A stretch of DNA of 64,000 nt from Candidatus Saccharimonadota bacterium (GTDB taxonomy: Bacteria; Patescibacteriota; Saccharimonadia; Saccharimonadales; Saccharimonadaceae), in contig JAQGHA010000016.1 of the NCBI GenBank assembly GCA_028289065.1, positions 77,460 through 141,459 on the forward strand, in the 5' to 3' direction. This document shows positions 30,492-40,664 of this stretch, piece by piece. Position 1 is the stretch's first letter; every line of letters begins with the position of its first letter. A program made the translations under genes and the position numbers. The notes beneath the pieces were generated by a model. That model was not told the origin of the DNA. It ran no database searches and worked only from the letters and a program-made list of their open reading frames with translations.

Positions 30492-30576
30492 AAAAAATGT
30501 CTAGACAATAAAGCACAAGTAGTTTAGTATTAAGCTAAACGTATATAACGTTCATTTGAAAGGTGGGATAATTCCT

Positions 30577-31056
30577 ATGAATCGTACACAGAATATAAAA
30601 GGTTTCACAATCATCGAAGTTGTGTTGGTACTAGCAATCGCTGGTCTAATTTTCTTAATGGTATTTATTGCATTGCCAGCACTTCAGGCTGGTCAACGCG
30701 ACACAGCTCGTAAGAGCGATGTAAGTAACGTTGCAGCAGCGGTTAACAGCTTTTCTAGCTCAAACCGGGGCGCATTTCCAAACACAGCACAACTTCGTAC
30801 ACAACTTGGTTTTGTTGCGGGAACACCAAATAAGTTTTCAAACTTATCAAACAACATTACAGATGTAAATGTTGTTGCCGGTAGTACTGGTGGAAAGAAC
30901 GTTACTGATGGCACAATTACTGTGTACACTGCCATAAAGTGTGACCCTAATACTGCTAATACTGCAACTCAAACTTTCTTAGCAGCTGGAACAGCGCGTC
31001 AATACGCTACTGTTACCAAGCTTGAAGGTGGTAGCGGTACTGGTTACTGTCTCTAA
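30577..31056 (+). CDS. Type IV pilin, probable major pilin
   Basis: KG|FTIIEV class III signal, C-terminal Cys pair, own promoter, SD GAAAGG and terminator. Confidence 0.88.
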   Translation: MNRTQNIKGFTIIEVVLVLAIAGLIFLMVFIALPALQAGQRDTARKSDVSNVAAAVNSFSSSNRGAFPNTAQLRTQLGFVAGTPNKFSNLSNNITDVNVVAGSTGGKNVTDGTITVYTAIKCDPNTANTATQTFLAAGTARQYATVTKLEGGSGTGYCL

Positions 31057-31080
31057 CATCTAGTAAGTAGATAGTTATAA

Positions 31081-31114
31081 AAAATGCGGAAGCTTCACGG
31101 CTTTCGCATTTTTT
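31081..31114 (+). terminator. Intrinsic terminator after pilin
   Basis: AAAATGCGGAAGC/GCTTTCGCATTTT plus T-run. Confidence 0.8.
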
Positions 31115-31140
31115 AATTATCCCATGATATTATAGAGCTT

Positions 31141-32019
31141 ATGAATGAAGTAGTTGTGTACATTGCACTAGTTATATTTGGTGCAGCCTTTGGTAGCTTT
31201 GCGGCGGCGTCGGTATGGAGAATACGAGCTCGACAATTGGCGTCGGATAAAGCAGCTGGCGAAGATTATGACAAAAAAGAGTACAACCACTTAAAGAAAG
31301 TTATCTCTAAGCCACTAGAAGACCGCTCACAGTGCCTGCATTGTTCTTACCAGCTGAAATGGTACGATATGTTGCCAATTGTCAGCTGGCTAAGCCTAAG
31401 AGGGAAGTGCCGTAATTGTCACAAGTCAATTGGTTGGTTCGAATTTTTGATGGAAATTGGCGTGGCGGCGTTCTTCGTATTATCTTACGCGTTTTGGCCG
31501 GGTGGAGTAGAGACTAGCTTTGACATCGCCCACTTTGTACTGTGGTTAGCCGCCGGGGTAGTGATGTCGATGTTATTTGCTTACGACACAAAGTGGTTCT
31601 TGTTGCCGGATAAACTGAACATAACCCTAGCTATTATTGGGCTTGGTATTGTGGGTGTAGTAGCTGCTGAATCTGGCGATATAGGCGGCACACTGCTGAC
31701 GGCCGCTGGTTCAGTGGCTATATTAAGTGGCCTATACGCTGTTTTATACTTTGTGTCCAAAGGCCGCTGGGTAGGCTTTGGCGATGTAAAACTCGGGGTG
31801 GGCTTGGCGCTTATTCTGGTAAATTGGCAATTGGCCATTACCGCCTTATTTTTGGCAAACTTCATCGGATGTTTAGTAGTAATTCCGTTACTCGCTACCA
31901 AAAAACTAAAAAGAAGCTCTCATATTCCATTTGGCCCATTCCTAATCGCCGGTACGATCGCTTCGTGGTTTTTAGGTTGGTACATCTTAGGATGGTATCT
32001 ATCTAGTGTGGGCTTTTAA
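31141..32019 (+). CDS. pilD: Prepilin peptidase / N-methyltransferase
   Basis: RSQCLHC, LRGKCRNC, GFGDVKL, IPFGPFL. Confidence 0.95.
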   Translation: MNEVVVYIALVIFGAAFGSFAAASVWRIRARQLASDKAAGEDYDKKEYNHLKKVISKPLEDRSQCLHCSYQLKWYDMLPIVSWLSLRGKCRNCHKSIGWFEFLMEIGVAAFFVLSYAFWPGGVETSFDIAHFVLWLAAGVVMSMLFAYDTKWFLLPDKLNITLAIIGLGIVGVVAAESGDIGGTLLTAAGSVAILSGLYAVLYFVSKGRWVGFGDVKLGVGLALILVNWQLAITALFLANFIGCLVVIPLLATKKLKRSSHIPFGPFLIAGTIASWFLGWYILGWYLSSVGF

Positions 32020-32063
32020 AAACCACTTGATACAGTAGTGCTTATGCTATAATTAAGCCCAAG

Positions 32064-32873
32064 ATGGGCATGCATAAACCGGCAGGATTCACTATTGTTG
32101 AAACAATGCTATTTCTAGGAATCAGCAGCGTATTAATAGTGGCCCTTATTGCCAGTACCGGCGCCTCTGTTAACATTCAACGTTACCGTGATGCTGCCGA
32201 AACTTTTAAGTCTGTTATTCAACAGCAATACGCCGACCTTACGAGTGTCCAAAACGGCCGCGGTGACAATTGGTCGTGTGGTAGTACCGCTATTCCAAAT
32301 ACGTCTGGCATCAACGCTGACAACAGAGGCCAAAGCAACTGTATCTTGCTTGGCAAGTATGTTCGGCTTGAGGGTGAAAAGATATCTATTTACCGGGTTG
32401 TTGGCTATAAAAGTAGTGCAACCAGTCAACCAAATGACATTAAGTCACTAAAAAATAACTATCTACTCAATGTTTCAGGCGCCGAAGTAGATAAGTCTAC
32501 TCAAGAGTGGGGGGCAGAAATTGCCTACCCCCGAACTATCAATGGCTCACCCAACCCAGCGCCAATCACGCCTCGAAAAATGGGTATCTTAATTGTTCGT
32601 TCACCGGATTCTGGCCAAATTTATACTTTTACTAACGCCGGCACTGACGTACCAGATGACTTAAATATTGGCCCGGCAACATTCAATAGTATGCTGGTAG
32701 CTGAACCTAGTACTCCAGGGCAAGGCGAACAATTAATTTGCCTTAGTTCAGGCGGCTTTTTGGAAGATGATGATAGGGCGGTGTACATTAGTAGCTTCGC
32801 GGCTACTTCGAGTGCCATTGAACTGCGCACCAACGACTATCTATCGTCAATTGGATCGAGTACTCGATGTTAG
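32064..32873 (+). CDS. Minor pilin
   Basis: AG|FTIVE class III signal. Confidence 0.85.
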   Translation: MGMHKPAGFTIVETMLFLGISSVLIVALIASTGASVNIQRYRDAAETFKSVIQQQYADLTSVQNGRGDNWSCGSTAIPNTSGINADNRGQSNCILLGKYVRLEGEKISIYRVVGYKSSATSQPNDIKSLKNNYLLNVSGAEVDKSTQEWGAEIAYPRTINGSPNPAPITPRKMGILIVRSPDSGQIYTFTNAGTDVPDDLNIGPATFNSMLVAEPSTPGQGEQLICLSSGGFLEDDDRAVYISSFAATSSAIELRTNDYLSSIGSSTRC

Positions 32874-33523
32874 GTTTTACTGCAGCCCGCAAACGTGAAA
32901 GCGGTGATACGCTCATTGAAGTGCTGTTTGCGGTTATGATATTTAGCTTTATAGTCGTTACCGCTTTAAGTTTGATGAACCAAGGCGTAGCAGCATCACA
33001 GCGAGCACTGGAAATCACCACGGTTCGCCAGCAAATGGACGGGCAAGCTGAGGTCCTTAGGTTCTTGCACGAATCATATGTTGAAGCCTATCAAGTAGGC
33101 TATGTATTTAACGTGACCGACCCACTCACCAGCCCAGCCGAAGAGTACTATAAACTTATTCAATTTGTTCAAAATGGTAATTCTACCCCTGTAACGCCAT
33201 TCAATGGTTCGGCACCCTGTGTTGTTCCGGCAAAAGCTTCAAAAGATTTTATTCTTAACCCGGTCACAGCCCAAGTTATAACGCTTAATACTAAACCTGG
33301 CGTATTTGAAAAAGCAACCGCCGCGGCTCAGCTGACCTATCAAACAGCTACTACCATTAATCACAGCCAAGGTATCTGGGTTGAAGCAATGCGATCGCCA
33401 GGCGTTACCGGTGCTCTTGCTGGCTATATAGATTTTCATATTAGAGCTTGTTGGGAAGTTCCCGGCTCAGACTTACCAATGAATTTAGGAACGATTGTGA
33501 GGTTATATGAACCACGTGGTTAA
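32867..33523 (+). CDS. Minor pilin (PilV-like, Asp at +1)
   Basis: SG|DTLIEV class III signal. Confidence 0.8.
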   Translation: MLGFTAARKRESGDTLIEVLFAVMIFSFIVVTALSLMNQGVAASQRALEITTVRQQMDGQAEVLRFLHESYVEAYQVGYVFNVTDPLTSPAEEYYKLIQFVQNGNSTPVTPFNGSAPCVVPAKASKDFILNPVTAQVITLNTKPGVFEKATAAAQLTYQTATTINHSQGIWVEAMRSPGVTGALAGYIDFHIRACWEVPGSDLPMNLGTIVRLYEPRG

Positions 33524-34262
33524 AAAACAACAGGGATTTACGATTGTCGAGCTGACGTTAGCTATGACGTTTATTTCATTTTTACTTTTAGCAATTGCTT
33601 TAGCGATTATTCAAATTGGGTCAATATATAACCAGGGTACAACTGTAAAAGAAATTAACCAGGTTTCACGGGATATCAACGATGACCTGCACCGTACAAT
33701 CGCTTCCGTTGGTGCCCTCACACTTAGTGATGACTATGTGCTGCGGCCTTCTGCTCTTGACCCAGCTGGTGGCCGGCTTTGCCTTGGAACATATTCATAC
33801 ATATGGAATTACGCTGAAGCCATCGCTAACGGCAACTCAAATGTAACTGCTTATCAATCGCCACCAAGCGGCTCACCGGTAAATGAACCAATTAGGCTGG
33901 TTAAAGTGCCAGACCCAGCCAAGGTATATTGTGCGAAAACCGGTTCAGGGGCAATGGCCTACACTAGCGTGCGAAGCGCTGATGTGCCGCAATCTAAAGA
34001 ATTGTTAAAAGCGGGTGACCACGAACTTGGCTTACACCAGTTTGGTTTTAGAACACCAGTTCCGGTTCCAGCCTCAGCTTCCGATGACGCAACCGGTCAA
34101 CAGCTCTATTCTTTGCAATATACCATTGGTACTACTAAAATTTCGGCCTTAAATGATGATCAATCCCTCTGCAAGTCAGCTGATTTGGTTGGTGCTGACC
34201 CTTTATATTGTAGCGTTCAGCAATTTAGTCTTGTCGTAAGGGCAGGGAATGGGGTTAACTAG
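33507..34262 (+). CDS. Minor pilin (PilW-like)
   Basis: QG|FTIVE class III signal. Confidence 0.85.
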   Translation: MNHVVKKQQGFTIVELTLAMTFISFLLLAIALAIIQIGSIYNQGTTVKEINQVSRDINDDLHRTIASVGALTLSDDYVLRPSALDPAGGRLCLGTYSYIWNYAEAIANGNSNVTAYQSPPSGSPVNEPIRLVKVPDPAKVYCAKTGSGAMAYTSVRSADVPQSKELLKAGDHELGLHQFGFRTPVPVPASASDDATGQQLYSLQYTIGTTKISALNDDQSLCKSADLVGADPLYCSVQQFSLVVRAGNGVN

Positions 34263-34267
34263 TAACA

Positions 34268-35527
34268 ATGAAAAACATAAGTATTAATAAACAATCTGGC
34301 GCCGTATCACTATTTGTAGTGGTATTCTTCATGTTACTTGTTACGGTAGTAACAGTAAGCTTCCTACGCTTAATGATTAGTGACCAACAACAGGCCAGCA
34401 ATAACGACCTATCGCAAAGCGCTTTCGACTCTGCCCAAGCTGGAGTAGAAGATGCCAAGCGAGCACTGCTGAAATATAAACAGGATTGTTTCGTTAACCG
34501 AGCTGGTTGTTCAGCAGCCGCCAATGCAATAAGTACTAATGAGTGTAATGGTGCTTTAACTGGAATTTCCGGTAATGGCGCCACTGGCCCTAACGGTAAA
34601 ACTAAAGAAATTATGGTTCAGCAATCCACTAGTGGTAGTGATGCTGCCTTAGACCAGGCCTATACCTGCGTGACTATTAGTTTGATGACAGCTGACTATA
34701 CCGGTAACCTGGCTGGTAACCAATCACAGTTAGTGCCGCTTATTTCCGGGCGGGCTTTTGACCGCGTACAAGTTGAATGGTTCAGCCGTGAAGACATTAC
34801 AGCTAGCGGGCCAACTGCCCCAGTTAGCCTGACGGGCGTTAGTGGTACCGGCCAGCCATTATTGGCCCAAGGCCAATGGCCAGTCAATCGTCCGCCAATT
34901 ATTCGCAGTCAGTTGATTCAGTTTGCTCGTACCTTTACGATGAGTGACTTTGATATGGTAAGCGGCGACCAAAGTAATTCAGCAACGATGTTCTTGTATC
35001 CTACCAGTCAGTTAAATATAGGTGACAGGGCTTTCACCGATTACGACCAACGAAAAACTGACGCAGCCGATGACCCGAATAAGAAAGACCGCATTACTAC
35101 ACCAACGGCTGTTAGTTGCGAATCGTCCCTCACGGACGGTGGTTTTGCTTGTAGCTCTATACTTCTTCTTCCAGAGGCGGTTGGTGCGAGCGGTGCAGGG
35201 GACCGAACTGCATTCCTCCGTTTAACTCCGCTGTATAATGCAACCCATTTCCGGGTGACCTTATGGAACGGTCCTTTTGATCCGGATGATCCAATTGATT
35301 TAAATAACCCTTCAAGCCCAGCGGTATCATTCAAAGAAGTGCAACCGGCTATCGACTCAACCGGCCGAGCCAATGATGTTTTCCGGCGTGTTGTTAGCCG
35401 AGTAAACCTATTCGATACGACCTTCCCGTATCCAGATGCTACGGTTAATGTTACCGGTGATTTTTGTAAAGATTTCTCTGTGACTGACATCGAGTATATC
35501 CCCAGTACAACAACTTGTAACCCATAG
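34268..35527 (+). CDS. PilX-like large minor pilin
   Basis: QSG|AVSLF without Glu5, SAFDSAQAGVEDA. Confidence 0.85.
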   Translation: MKNISINKQSGAVSLFVVVFFMLLVTVVTVSFLRLMISDQQQASNNDLSQSAFDSAQAGVEDAKRALLKYKQDCFVNRAGCSAAANAISTNECNGALTGISGNGATGPNGKTKEIMVQQSTSGSDAALDQAYTCVTISLMTADYTGNLAGNQSQLVPLISGRAFDRVQVEWFSREDITASGPTAPVSLTGVSGTGQPLLAQGQWPVNRPPIIRSQLIQFARTFTMSDFDMVSGDQSNSATMFLYPTSQLNIGDRAFTDYDQRKTDAADDPNKKDRITTPTAVSCESSLTDGGFACSSILLLPEAVGASGAGDRTAFLRLTPLYNATHFRVTLWNGPFDPDDPIDLNNPSSPAVSFKEVQPAIDSTGRANDVFRRVVSRVNLFDTTFPYPDATVNVTGDFCKDFSVTDIEYIPSTTTCNP

Positions 35528-36445
35528 TTACGATTCTGATTCGCTGTGGTATTTTTCGTAGACTTCTTTAAGGTGTGCGTCGGTGACGTGGGTATAAATT
35601 TGGGTAGTTGAGATATCGCTGTGGCCGAGCATAGTTTGAACGCTTCGTAAATCGGCGCCATTCATTAATAAGTCGGTAGCAAAGCTGTGACGCATAGTGT
35701 GCGGGCTGACGTGCTTGGTAATGCCAGCCAGACGAGCGTATTTATTGATAGCCCGTTGGATACTTCGAGCCGACAGCCGCCTAAAATCGCCGCTCGTGGT
35801 CGGTTCGACGTTACGGCTATAGCCAATAAACAGCGGAGCTAAGCTGTCCTGGCGCATTTCTAGGTACTGGTTGACCCAATCGGCGGCAGTTTGGCTTATA
35901 AACACTGGACGGTCCTTCTGGCCCTTACCACGCACCATAAATTCACGCCGTTTGGTGTTAATGTGGTCACGGTTGAGGTTTACCAGTTCGGAAACACGCA
36001 GGCCGCTGGAAAACAACAGTTCAATGATGGCTCGGTCGCGTAAACCAGCTTCACTGGAAACATCTATTTGTTCAAATAAGCGTTGCACTTCATCGTAGTG
36101 TAAAAAGGTTACCTGTTTACGAGCGGTTTTGGGTAATTCAATTTTATCCGGGCTTAAAGAGGGGATATCCCGCTTCGACAAGTACTTCAAGAAACCACGC
36201 AAGGCAATCAGGTGGTAGGCCTGGGTAATCATGGCCAAGGTTTCGCCGCGTTCGTTTTCGTGGCGGTTTAGCCATAGCCGAAATTTACGAACTAATTCAC
36301 TATCGATATCGGCAACTTTAATATCACCAGAAAATTCAATGAACCGGTTAAGATAGAATTCATAATTCTCGGCGGTTTTCGGCATGCGACCACCCTCAAC
36401 CTCCAGGTGTTCAATAAAGTCGAGAACGTAATCGGACATATACAT
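35528..36445 (-). CDS. XerC/XerD-family tyrosine recombinase
   Basis: LRDRAIIELLFSSGLRVSEL, GKGQKDR, PHTMRHSFAT, LGHSDISTTQIY; XerC vs XerD not resolvable. Confidence 0.93.
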   Translation of the reverse strand: MYMSDYVLDFIEHLEVEGGRMPKTAENYEFYLNRFIEFSGDIKVADIDSELVRKFRLWLNRHENERGETLAMITQAYHLIALRGFLKYLSKRDIPSLSPDKIELPKTARKQVTFLHYDEVQRLFEQIDVSSEAGLRDRAIIELLFSSGLRVSELVNLNRDHINTKRREFMVRGKGQKDRPVFISQTAADWVNQYLEMRQDSLAPLFIGYSRNVEPTTSGDFRRLSARSIQRAINKYARLAGITKHVSPHTMRHSFATDLLMNGADLRSVQTMLGHSDISTTQIYTHVTDAHLKEVYEKYHSESES

Positions 36446-36482
36446 GTATTAAGCATAGCCTAAAACCTCGCTAACGGATACA

Positions 36483-37280
36483 ATGGAGTACATGCAATGG
36501 CTTGAAGCAATTATTTTGGGACTCATTCAAGGACTGACTGAGTTTATTCCTATTAGTAGCTCCGGCCACTTAGTAATCGCCCAAACCTTTATGAGTGGCG
36601 CCTCGGACCACTTATTTTTAGAATTTATTAACATTGGTACAATGCTGGCTTTGTTTGTATTCTTCCGCAAACGCATTTGGGGAATACTGCAAGATATTTT
36701 TATTCACAAAAAATATAAGCTGGCTTTAAATATTATTATTACCGTTTTACCGGCCGGCTTGCTTGGCTTCTTCTTGGCAGATTTTATTGGCGAGACACCA
36801 TTCTTCTCAAGTGCGGTCGTGGTGGTATTCACCCTGGCTATCGTGGGTATCATTATGGTGATTGTTGAGAAACTACCGAAGTTATCACCAATCAACGACG
36901 GGGAAGGTTTATCAAAATCACGAGCCTTAATTATTGGCCTAGCCCAAGCGCTGGCATTAATCCCTGGTGTATCGCGGTCTGGTTCTACTATCTTATCCGG
37001 CCGTTTTATGGGGCTTTCATCGGCTGAAGCCGCGGAGTATAGTTTTTTGGCCTCACTCCCAATTATGTTAGGTGTAACCCTTAAAGTATTAGTAGGGGAT
37101 ACCGACTACTTAATAGCTAACGCTGGCACGCTGTTTGTGTCGAACCTGGTAGCGTTTATTGCCGGCCTGGTAGCGGTTGGTTTCTTGATGAAATACCTGT
37201 CAAAACACTCGTTGGCCATTTTCGGCTGGTACCGAATTGGGCTAGCACTCGTACTAGCGGTGGTACTTTTGGTACAATAG
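36483..37280 (+). CDS. uppP: Undecaprenyl-diphosphate phosphatase
   Basis: QGLTEFIPISSSGH, PGVSRSG. Confidence 0.96.
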   Translation: MEYMQWLEAIILGLIQGLTEFIPISSSGHLVIAQTFMSGASDHLFLEFINIGTMLALFVFFRKRIWGILQDIFIHKKYKLALNIIITVLPAGLLGFFLADFIGETPFFSSAVVVVFTLAIVGIIMVIVEKLPKLSPINDGEGLSKSRALIIGLAQALALIPGVSRSGSTILSGRFMGLSSAEAAEYSFLASLPIMLGVTLKVLVGDTDYLIANAGTLFVSNLVAFIAGLVAVGFLMKYLSKHSLAIFGWYRIGLALVLAVVLLVQ

Positions 37281-37315
37281 CCTAAGTATATAATCAAAAA
37301 TTCAGAGGAGACCTT

Positions 37316-37819
37316 ATGAGCCATATCGAACGAACTCTAATACTTTTTAAACCTGACGCCGTGCAACGTGGTGTTGTTGGCGAAATCCTAACCCGTTTTG
37401 AACGGGTTGGCCTTAAAATTGTCGGTACAAAAATGATCGCACCCGACCGCGAACAATTCTATAAACACTATGAAGAAATTGGCCAAGTTATAACTCGTCG
37501 TGGCGAAGACGTTTTTAATAACGTCCTCGAAAACATGGCTGATGGCCCAATTATTGCTATGGTACTCGAAGGTATTGAAGCGGTCGAATTGGTCCGTAAG
37601 TTGGTCGGTTCAACTGAACCAAAATCATCAGCCCCTGGAACCATCCGTGGCGACTTCTCGCACATGAGCTATGGCTATGGTGATGCTCAAAACAAGGGTA
37701 TTCCTAACCTTATTCACGCCTCTGGTGATAAGGACGATGCTGAAAAGGAAATTCCACACTGGTTCAACGAAGATGAGCTATACGATTACAGTGTATTGAA
37801 CGAAAAGTTTACTCGATAG
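37316..37819 (+). CDS. ndk: Nucleoside diphosphate kinase
   Basis: KPDAVQRG, PGTIRGDF, NLIHASG. Confidence 0.96.
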   Translation: MSHIERTLILFKPDAVQRGVVGEILTRFERVGLKIVGTKMIAPDREQFYKHYEEIGQVITRRGEDVFNNVLENMADGPIIAMVLEGIEAVELVRKLVGSTEPKSSAPGTIRGDFSHMSYGYGDAQNKGIPNLIHASGDKDDAEKEIPHWFNEDELYDYSVLNEKFTR

Positions 37820-37837
37820 TACAACAGTCTTAAAAAA

Positions 37838-37869
37838 GAACTAGCCCCGGCAATTGCCGGGGCTAGTTC
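37838..37869. terminator. Perfect 32-bp palindrome / terminator between ndk and U3
   Basis: GAACTAGCCCCGGCAA|TTGCCGGGGCTAGTTC; T-run follows on - strand. Confidence 0.85.
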
Positions 37870-37884
37870 GTACTAGAGGCGTGC

Positions 37885-38151
37885 TTAGCGCACGAGCGGG
37901 TTGAAACCGTGCGCGATGACGAGCTGGTTGAAGATAGGGCTAGCAGCGTGGGCGACGCGAAGGTCGTGGATCGCTGCATCGACGCGGGCTAGCATGAAGG
38001 CGGGCAGCTGTTCCATCATGTCGAAGGCGTCGAAGTTGTCATCGTCATCTTCCTCGTAGTAGCTGTCGAGTTCGGCACTGACAGCCGCGTCGATGAGGTG
38101 CATCTCATGCACTTCTTGATCGATGATCTTGCGGTGTTGCTGGTTACCCAT
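37885..38151 (-). CDS. GC-rich acidic orphan protein U3 (88 aa)
   Basis: TTGACT-17-TATAAT promoter, SD GGAG, C/G-ending codons. Confidence 0.75.
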   Translation of the reverse strand: MGNQQHRKIIDQEVHEMHLIDAAVSAELDSYYEEDDDDNFDAFDMMEQLPAFMLARVDAAIHDLRVAHAASPIFNQLVIAHGFNPLVR

Positions 38152-38239
38152 TTCAATTCTCCAATGTAGGTGAAAAGTACGAACTTGAATATTATACCAA
38201 ATTTACACGAAAAAGTCAATGTGTTAAAATAGACATTAC

Positions 38240-38316
38240 GCCTCGGTAGCTCAACTGGATAGAGCAGATCCGTCCTAAGGATAAGGTTGTAGGTTCGACT
38301 CCTGCCCGGGGTACCA
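38240..38316 (+). tRNA. tRNA-Arg(CCT)
   Basis: Cloverleaf, TTCGA T-loop, anticodon loop GT-CCT-AA, encoded CCA. Confidence 0.92.
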
Positions 38317-38382
38317 TGATTTTATGATAGTATATATACATGCAAAGCGTAAGCAAAATATCTTTAAAAATCGGTACTTACA

Positions 38383-38916
38383 ATGATTAAGAAAAAAGAC
38401 GATTCTCCAAAACGTGATTTCGAAGGCCAACGGCCGGACGAAGAGCTGTTATTTGTCTTCCGTCGTCACCTAATTGCCATGCGTAAAGGTTTTTACCTGT
38501 TGCTTGGTTCATTAGTTATTACGGCCATCCCGCCGCTCATCTGGCAAGATAATCTCGAACTATTTCTCTTACCGGTTTTCGGTTTCGCACTTGGTTTAAT
38601 CCTGTTTTTTTACCACTACACAATGTGGTATTTCACAATTTATGTTGTTACTAATCAGCGTATTCGGCAAATCACCCAAAAGGGTTTTTTCGGCAAAGAT
38701 GTCGTCGAGTTGCGGCTGTCTAAAATTCAGAACATAAGCTATAATATACCAGGGTTCTCTGGAGAGATTTTTGGTTATGGAACCATAGTTATCCAGACGT
38801 TCGTGGGGGATCTTGTTATCCGTAATGTTGAACATCCCGAAAAAACGTATAACAAATTGCAAGACGCCGTTAGTACGGTAGTTGAAACGCAAGGAGAGCA
38901 TGAAGAAGTTATCTAA
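38383..38916 (+). CDS. Membrane protein with bacterial PH domain
   Basis: Two TM helices then YVVTNQRI...IQNISY...FGYGTIVI. Confidence 0.8.
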   Translation: MIKKKDDSPKRDFEGQRPDEELLFVFRRHLIAMRKGFYLLLGSLVITAIPPLIWQDNLELFLLPVFGFALGLILFFYHYTMWYFTIYVVTNQRIRQITQKGFFGKDVVELRLSKIQNISYNIPGFSGEIFGYGTIVIQTFVGDLVIRNVEHPEKTYNKLQDAVSTVVETQGEHEEVI

Positions 38917-39970
38917 GTTACGGTTGAAGAAAAAGCAACCTGAAGAGCCAGCTGGTCGGATTACTACCGACACTTTGGCCGAGCACCGTCAGCAAGTTTT
39001 AGCTGGTGGTCGAAAATTTAAATACCCGGTTCAATACGCCCGCCACAAGTTGGTGGTGAATGCAATAATCATTATTATTGCGACGGTTATTATCCTTTTG
39101 GGTGTAGGCTACTGGTTACTGTACCAAGCTCAAAACACCAGTGACTTTATGTACCGCGTGACAAAAGTTGTGCCGGTACCAGTTGCTGAAGTTGATGGCC
39201 AGCAAGTTCGCTACAGTGAATACCTTATGAAGTTCCGCAGTAACCTGCATTACTTGGTTGAAAAAGAACAAGTTGATGTTACTACCGAGGACGGCCAACG
39301 CCAAGTCGAGTTTATTAAAGACCAAGCCATGCACGACGCTATTGCCGATGCCTTTGCGAACAAAATTGCCAAGGACAAAGACCTCAAGGTAACTGATGCC
39401 GAGCTTGAGACATACCTAAAGCAGCAACGACAATCCAGCGATGGCAATGAAGTTAGTGAATCAACCTATAACGCCGTTATTCTTGATTATTATGGCTGGT
39501 CACCAGATGAATACCAACAAGCTATGAAGACCAAGCTACTTCGCCAAAAGGTAGCCTACGCCGTTGACCAAGATGCCGAGACGGTTTCGAAAAAGGTGGA
39601 AGCAAGTATCGCCGCTGGAACAGTAGACTTAAATGTGGTGGCGACAACCATTAACGTCGATGAACAAAAGTCAGTTATATTTTGGCCAGCAGCTTGGGTA
39701 CCGCTTGATAACCAAGACGGTGGCTTAGCCGCTGCTGCCTTGAAACTCGAAATTGGCCAAGTATCTAAAGCTGTTAAAACAACCTCTGGTGATGGCTATT
39801 ACTACGTAAAACTGGTTGATAAAAACGAAACTCAAGTTCGCTACGAATACCTGCAAGTTCCACTGAGTGCTTTTGATGACCTGCTAGCAGATGCTGAAAC
39901 TGACAAAAAGACGACTCAATACATTAGTATTCCAGTTATTGACGAGCAAACCGAACCAACCAAACAATAG
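38900..39970 (+). CDS. SurA/PrsA-like membrane-anchored chaperone
   Basis: TM helix, PVAEVDG, GQVSKAVKT...GYYYVK parvulin-like end; SD AAGGAG before 38900. Confidence 0.7.
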   Translation: MKKLSKLRLKKKQPEEPAGRITTDTLAEHRQQVLAGGRKFKYPVQYARHKLVVNAIIIIIATVIILLGVGYWLLYQAQNTSDFMYRVTKVVPVPVAEVDGQQVRYSEYLMKFRSNLHYLVEKEQVDVTTEDGQRQVEFIKDQAMHDAIADAFANKIAKDKDLKVTDAELETYLKQQRQSSDGNEVSESTYNAVILDYYGWSPDEYQQAMKTKLLRQKVAYAVDQDAETVSKKVEASIAAGTVDLNVVATTINVDEQKSVIFWPAAWVPLDNQDGGLAAAALKLEIGQVSKAVKTTSGDGYYYVKLVDKNETQVRYEYLQVPLSAFDDLLADAETDKKTTQYISIPVIDEQTEPTKQ

Positions 39971-39983
39971 GGGGCACAACTAT

Positions 39984-40583
39984 ATGTTTAGCGTACCAGC
40001 ACTAAATTACGATTACGATGCACTGAGCGATTATATTAGCGCAGATATTATGCAGCTCCACCACGACAAGCATCACCAAGGCTACGTGGATAAATTAAAC
40101 GCGGCGGTTGAAAAATACCCTGAACTTCAAGGCAGGGCAGTAGAAGAATTACTTGTCGGTTTAAATTCTTTACCCGATGACATTCGTACCACCGTTCGTA
40201 ATAACGGTGGTGGCCACTATAACCATTGTCTGTTTTGGGTGTGGATGTCACCACAAGGTGGAGGGCAGCCATCTGGCCCGCTTTTAGAAGCTATTTTGCA
40301 GAGGTATGAGACGTTTGAGACATTCCAAGAAGAATTTGCGGCTAAAGCTATCAGTGTCTTTGGAAGTGGCTGGGTTTGGCTGCAGCCAAATATGGATATA
40401 ATCACCACACCAAACCAGGATTCATTATTAAGTTCCGGTGAACCAGCGCCATTACTAGGTCTAGACGTTTGGGAACACGCTTACTATTTGGACTATAAAA
40501 ACAAACGCCCCGAGTATATTAAAGCTTGGTGGAATGTCGTCAACTGGCCAGTGGTTGAAGCCCGTTTCGACGCCACGAACTAA
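39984..40583 (+). CDS. sodA: Superoxide dismutase, probably Mn-type
   Basis: HHDKHH, NGGGHYNH, DVWEHAYY. Confidence 0.95.
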   Translation: MFSVPALNYDYDALSDYISADIMQLHHDKHHQGYVDKLNAAVEKYPELQGRAVEELLVGLNSLPDDIRTTVRNNGGGHYNHCLFWVWMSPQGGGQPSGPLLEAILQRYETFETFQEEFAAKAISVFGSGWVWLQPNMDIITTPNQDSLLSSGEPAPLLGLDVWEHAYYLDYKNKRPEYIKAWWNVVNWPVVEARFDATN

Positions 40584-40601
40584 CTATTTTTTGGCATGAA
40601 G

Positions 40602-40657
40602 AAGCCCCACGGGGCATCCTTGACTCTTCGAAAAGAGAAGGATGCCCGTTGGGGCTT
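40602..40657. terminator. Long imperfect hairpin after U4 stop
   Basis: AAGCCCCA/TGGGGCTT, GGGCATCCTT/AAGGATGCCC, CTCTT/AAGAG. Confidence 0.75.
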
Positions 40658-40664
40658 TCGTCGT

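Noticed and set aside
35528-36445. Tyrosine recombinase as prophage/island integrase
   Set aside because: Size and motifs match chromosomal XerC/D; flanked by core genes with no att repeats or cargo
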